From Ptychomitrium polyphyllum (Eukaryota), in assembly GCA_973851085.1 (NCBI GenBank), contig OZ316776.1:5270001-5334000 (forward strand): DNA of 64,000 bases, in the 5' to 3' direction. The notes beneath the pieces were generated by a model, which did no database searches, had not been told where the DNA came from, and saw only the letters and a program-made list of their open reading frames with translations. Of the stretch, positions 62,901 to 64,000 are shown piece by piece (within the stretch, counting starts at the first letter, position 1; each line of letters opens with the position of its first letter). Position numbers and translations under genes: made by a program.

Positions 62901-64000
62901 TGCTTTAAATAATCTTTTTATTTGTCGGGCAACACAAGTAGTTATGCTACACCCTTCTCCGCCCTCAAGGATTTGGTACATGAGTAAGTAACTTGATCTT
63001 TTTTGCAATCACAAGGAGGAATTTTTTTAAATAAAAACTTTCTGTAGTGCAAAATGTTTTTCCCAAGAAGAGTCAAAGTTTGGAACCTTATCAAAAGGGG
63101 TGGCAAAAATTAAACACCTACTACTTCATTATTGGAGGTAGAAATTAAGATTTAAGGTCTTTAGTTTTTAATTTCTCCCCTACTTCAAAAAAATGTATCA
63201 ATCTTTGTGTTGACCATGTATATTGAGATTCTATAGGAACTTGCAATTGCAAGATTAATAAACGTGTATTGGCCATCTTTAGCACCTCCTTCCATTGCAA
63301 AATTTTGTTGGATATGTTACACAAGTACCTAATATGGTCTTTTTTTTTAATAGTGAGGAACACTCAATATGCAATATGTTGATTCTATTGGATAGGGTGC
63401 CAAATAGAACTCTTTCTTTGCTTCAAATGTTATAACCCTCAAATTTGCTTGCAAAATTCACACATTATTCTAATAGTTTGGTTGAAAAACACATGGTCGA
63501 AAGGTGGAGAAAGAACCTTTCTTTACTTTTATCATATCCACCTTCCTCTGCAAGGCAGTAATCTTGCTAAAACCCATAACTGGAGAATATGAAGTAACCA
63601 GAAACTATCAAACTCAAACGAAGTGACAACCCTAAAAGAGGAGGGCACCCAGGACTCTTGTGTCGAACCTTTTATGCCCTTCAGCAACCATGCACTCTTA
63701 TGCTGAAGTCATCAGCAAGTATGCAGTGAGCTAGTTGGAGAGATTGTCAGCTGAGGTATTGAGGCAAGCGGTAAGCAAATTGGGGACAGGCGGGATTTTA
63801 GTCTATTTTCGGTGAACATTTGTAAGAATATCGGAAATAAGACATACTCGAGTCGTATTAGAGGTTGAATGTTGTTGAATGGGGTCCTTGATTTTCACTT
63901 TGCTTTTGGGCACTTCATTATCCTTAGGGGTGACTCCTTATTTGATTTGGTGGTATATGTTTATTGAAGGCATGCACACGTATAAATGGTGTCGTGCAGG

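Overview
Eukaryotic plant DNA, most likely from a moss (inferred from the retroelement types and the intronless class IV HD-Zip gene; species not determined). Bases ~1-44,400 are a block of nested, decayed LTR retrotransposons. It holds chromodomain-bearing Ty3/gypsy chromoviruses of two related families (called D and A here), an older non-chromovirus gypsy family (G/E), one near-complete Ty1/copia element (C), and several solo or isolated LTRs (families D, A, B, F). Bases ~44,400-50,000 and ~56,700-64,000 are AT-rich intergenic DNA or unidentifiable relics. The only clear host gene is a GC-rich class IV HD-Zip transcription factor with an intron-free coding sequence (homeodomain-ZLZ-START-SAD, minus strand, 51731-54172) and a base-pairing motif pair in its 3' UTR. 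The most novel-looking signal is an extra ~195-aa ORF between pol and the polypurine tract of the chromoviruses, conserved at protein level across both families. The same elements show a Tf1-type self-priming site and a -1 frameshift signal with covarying stems. All alignments were made by eye, and family letters are my own labels.
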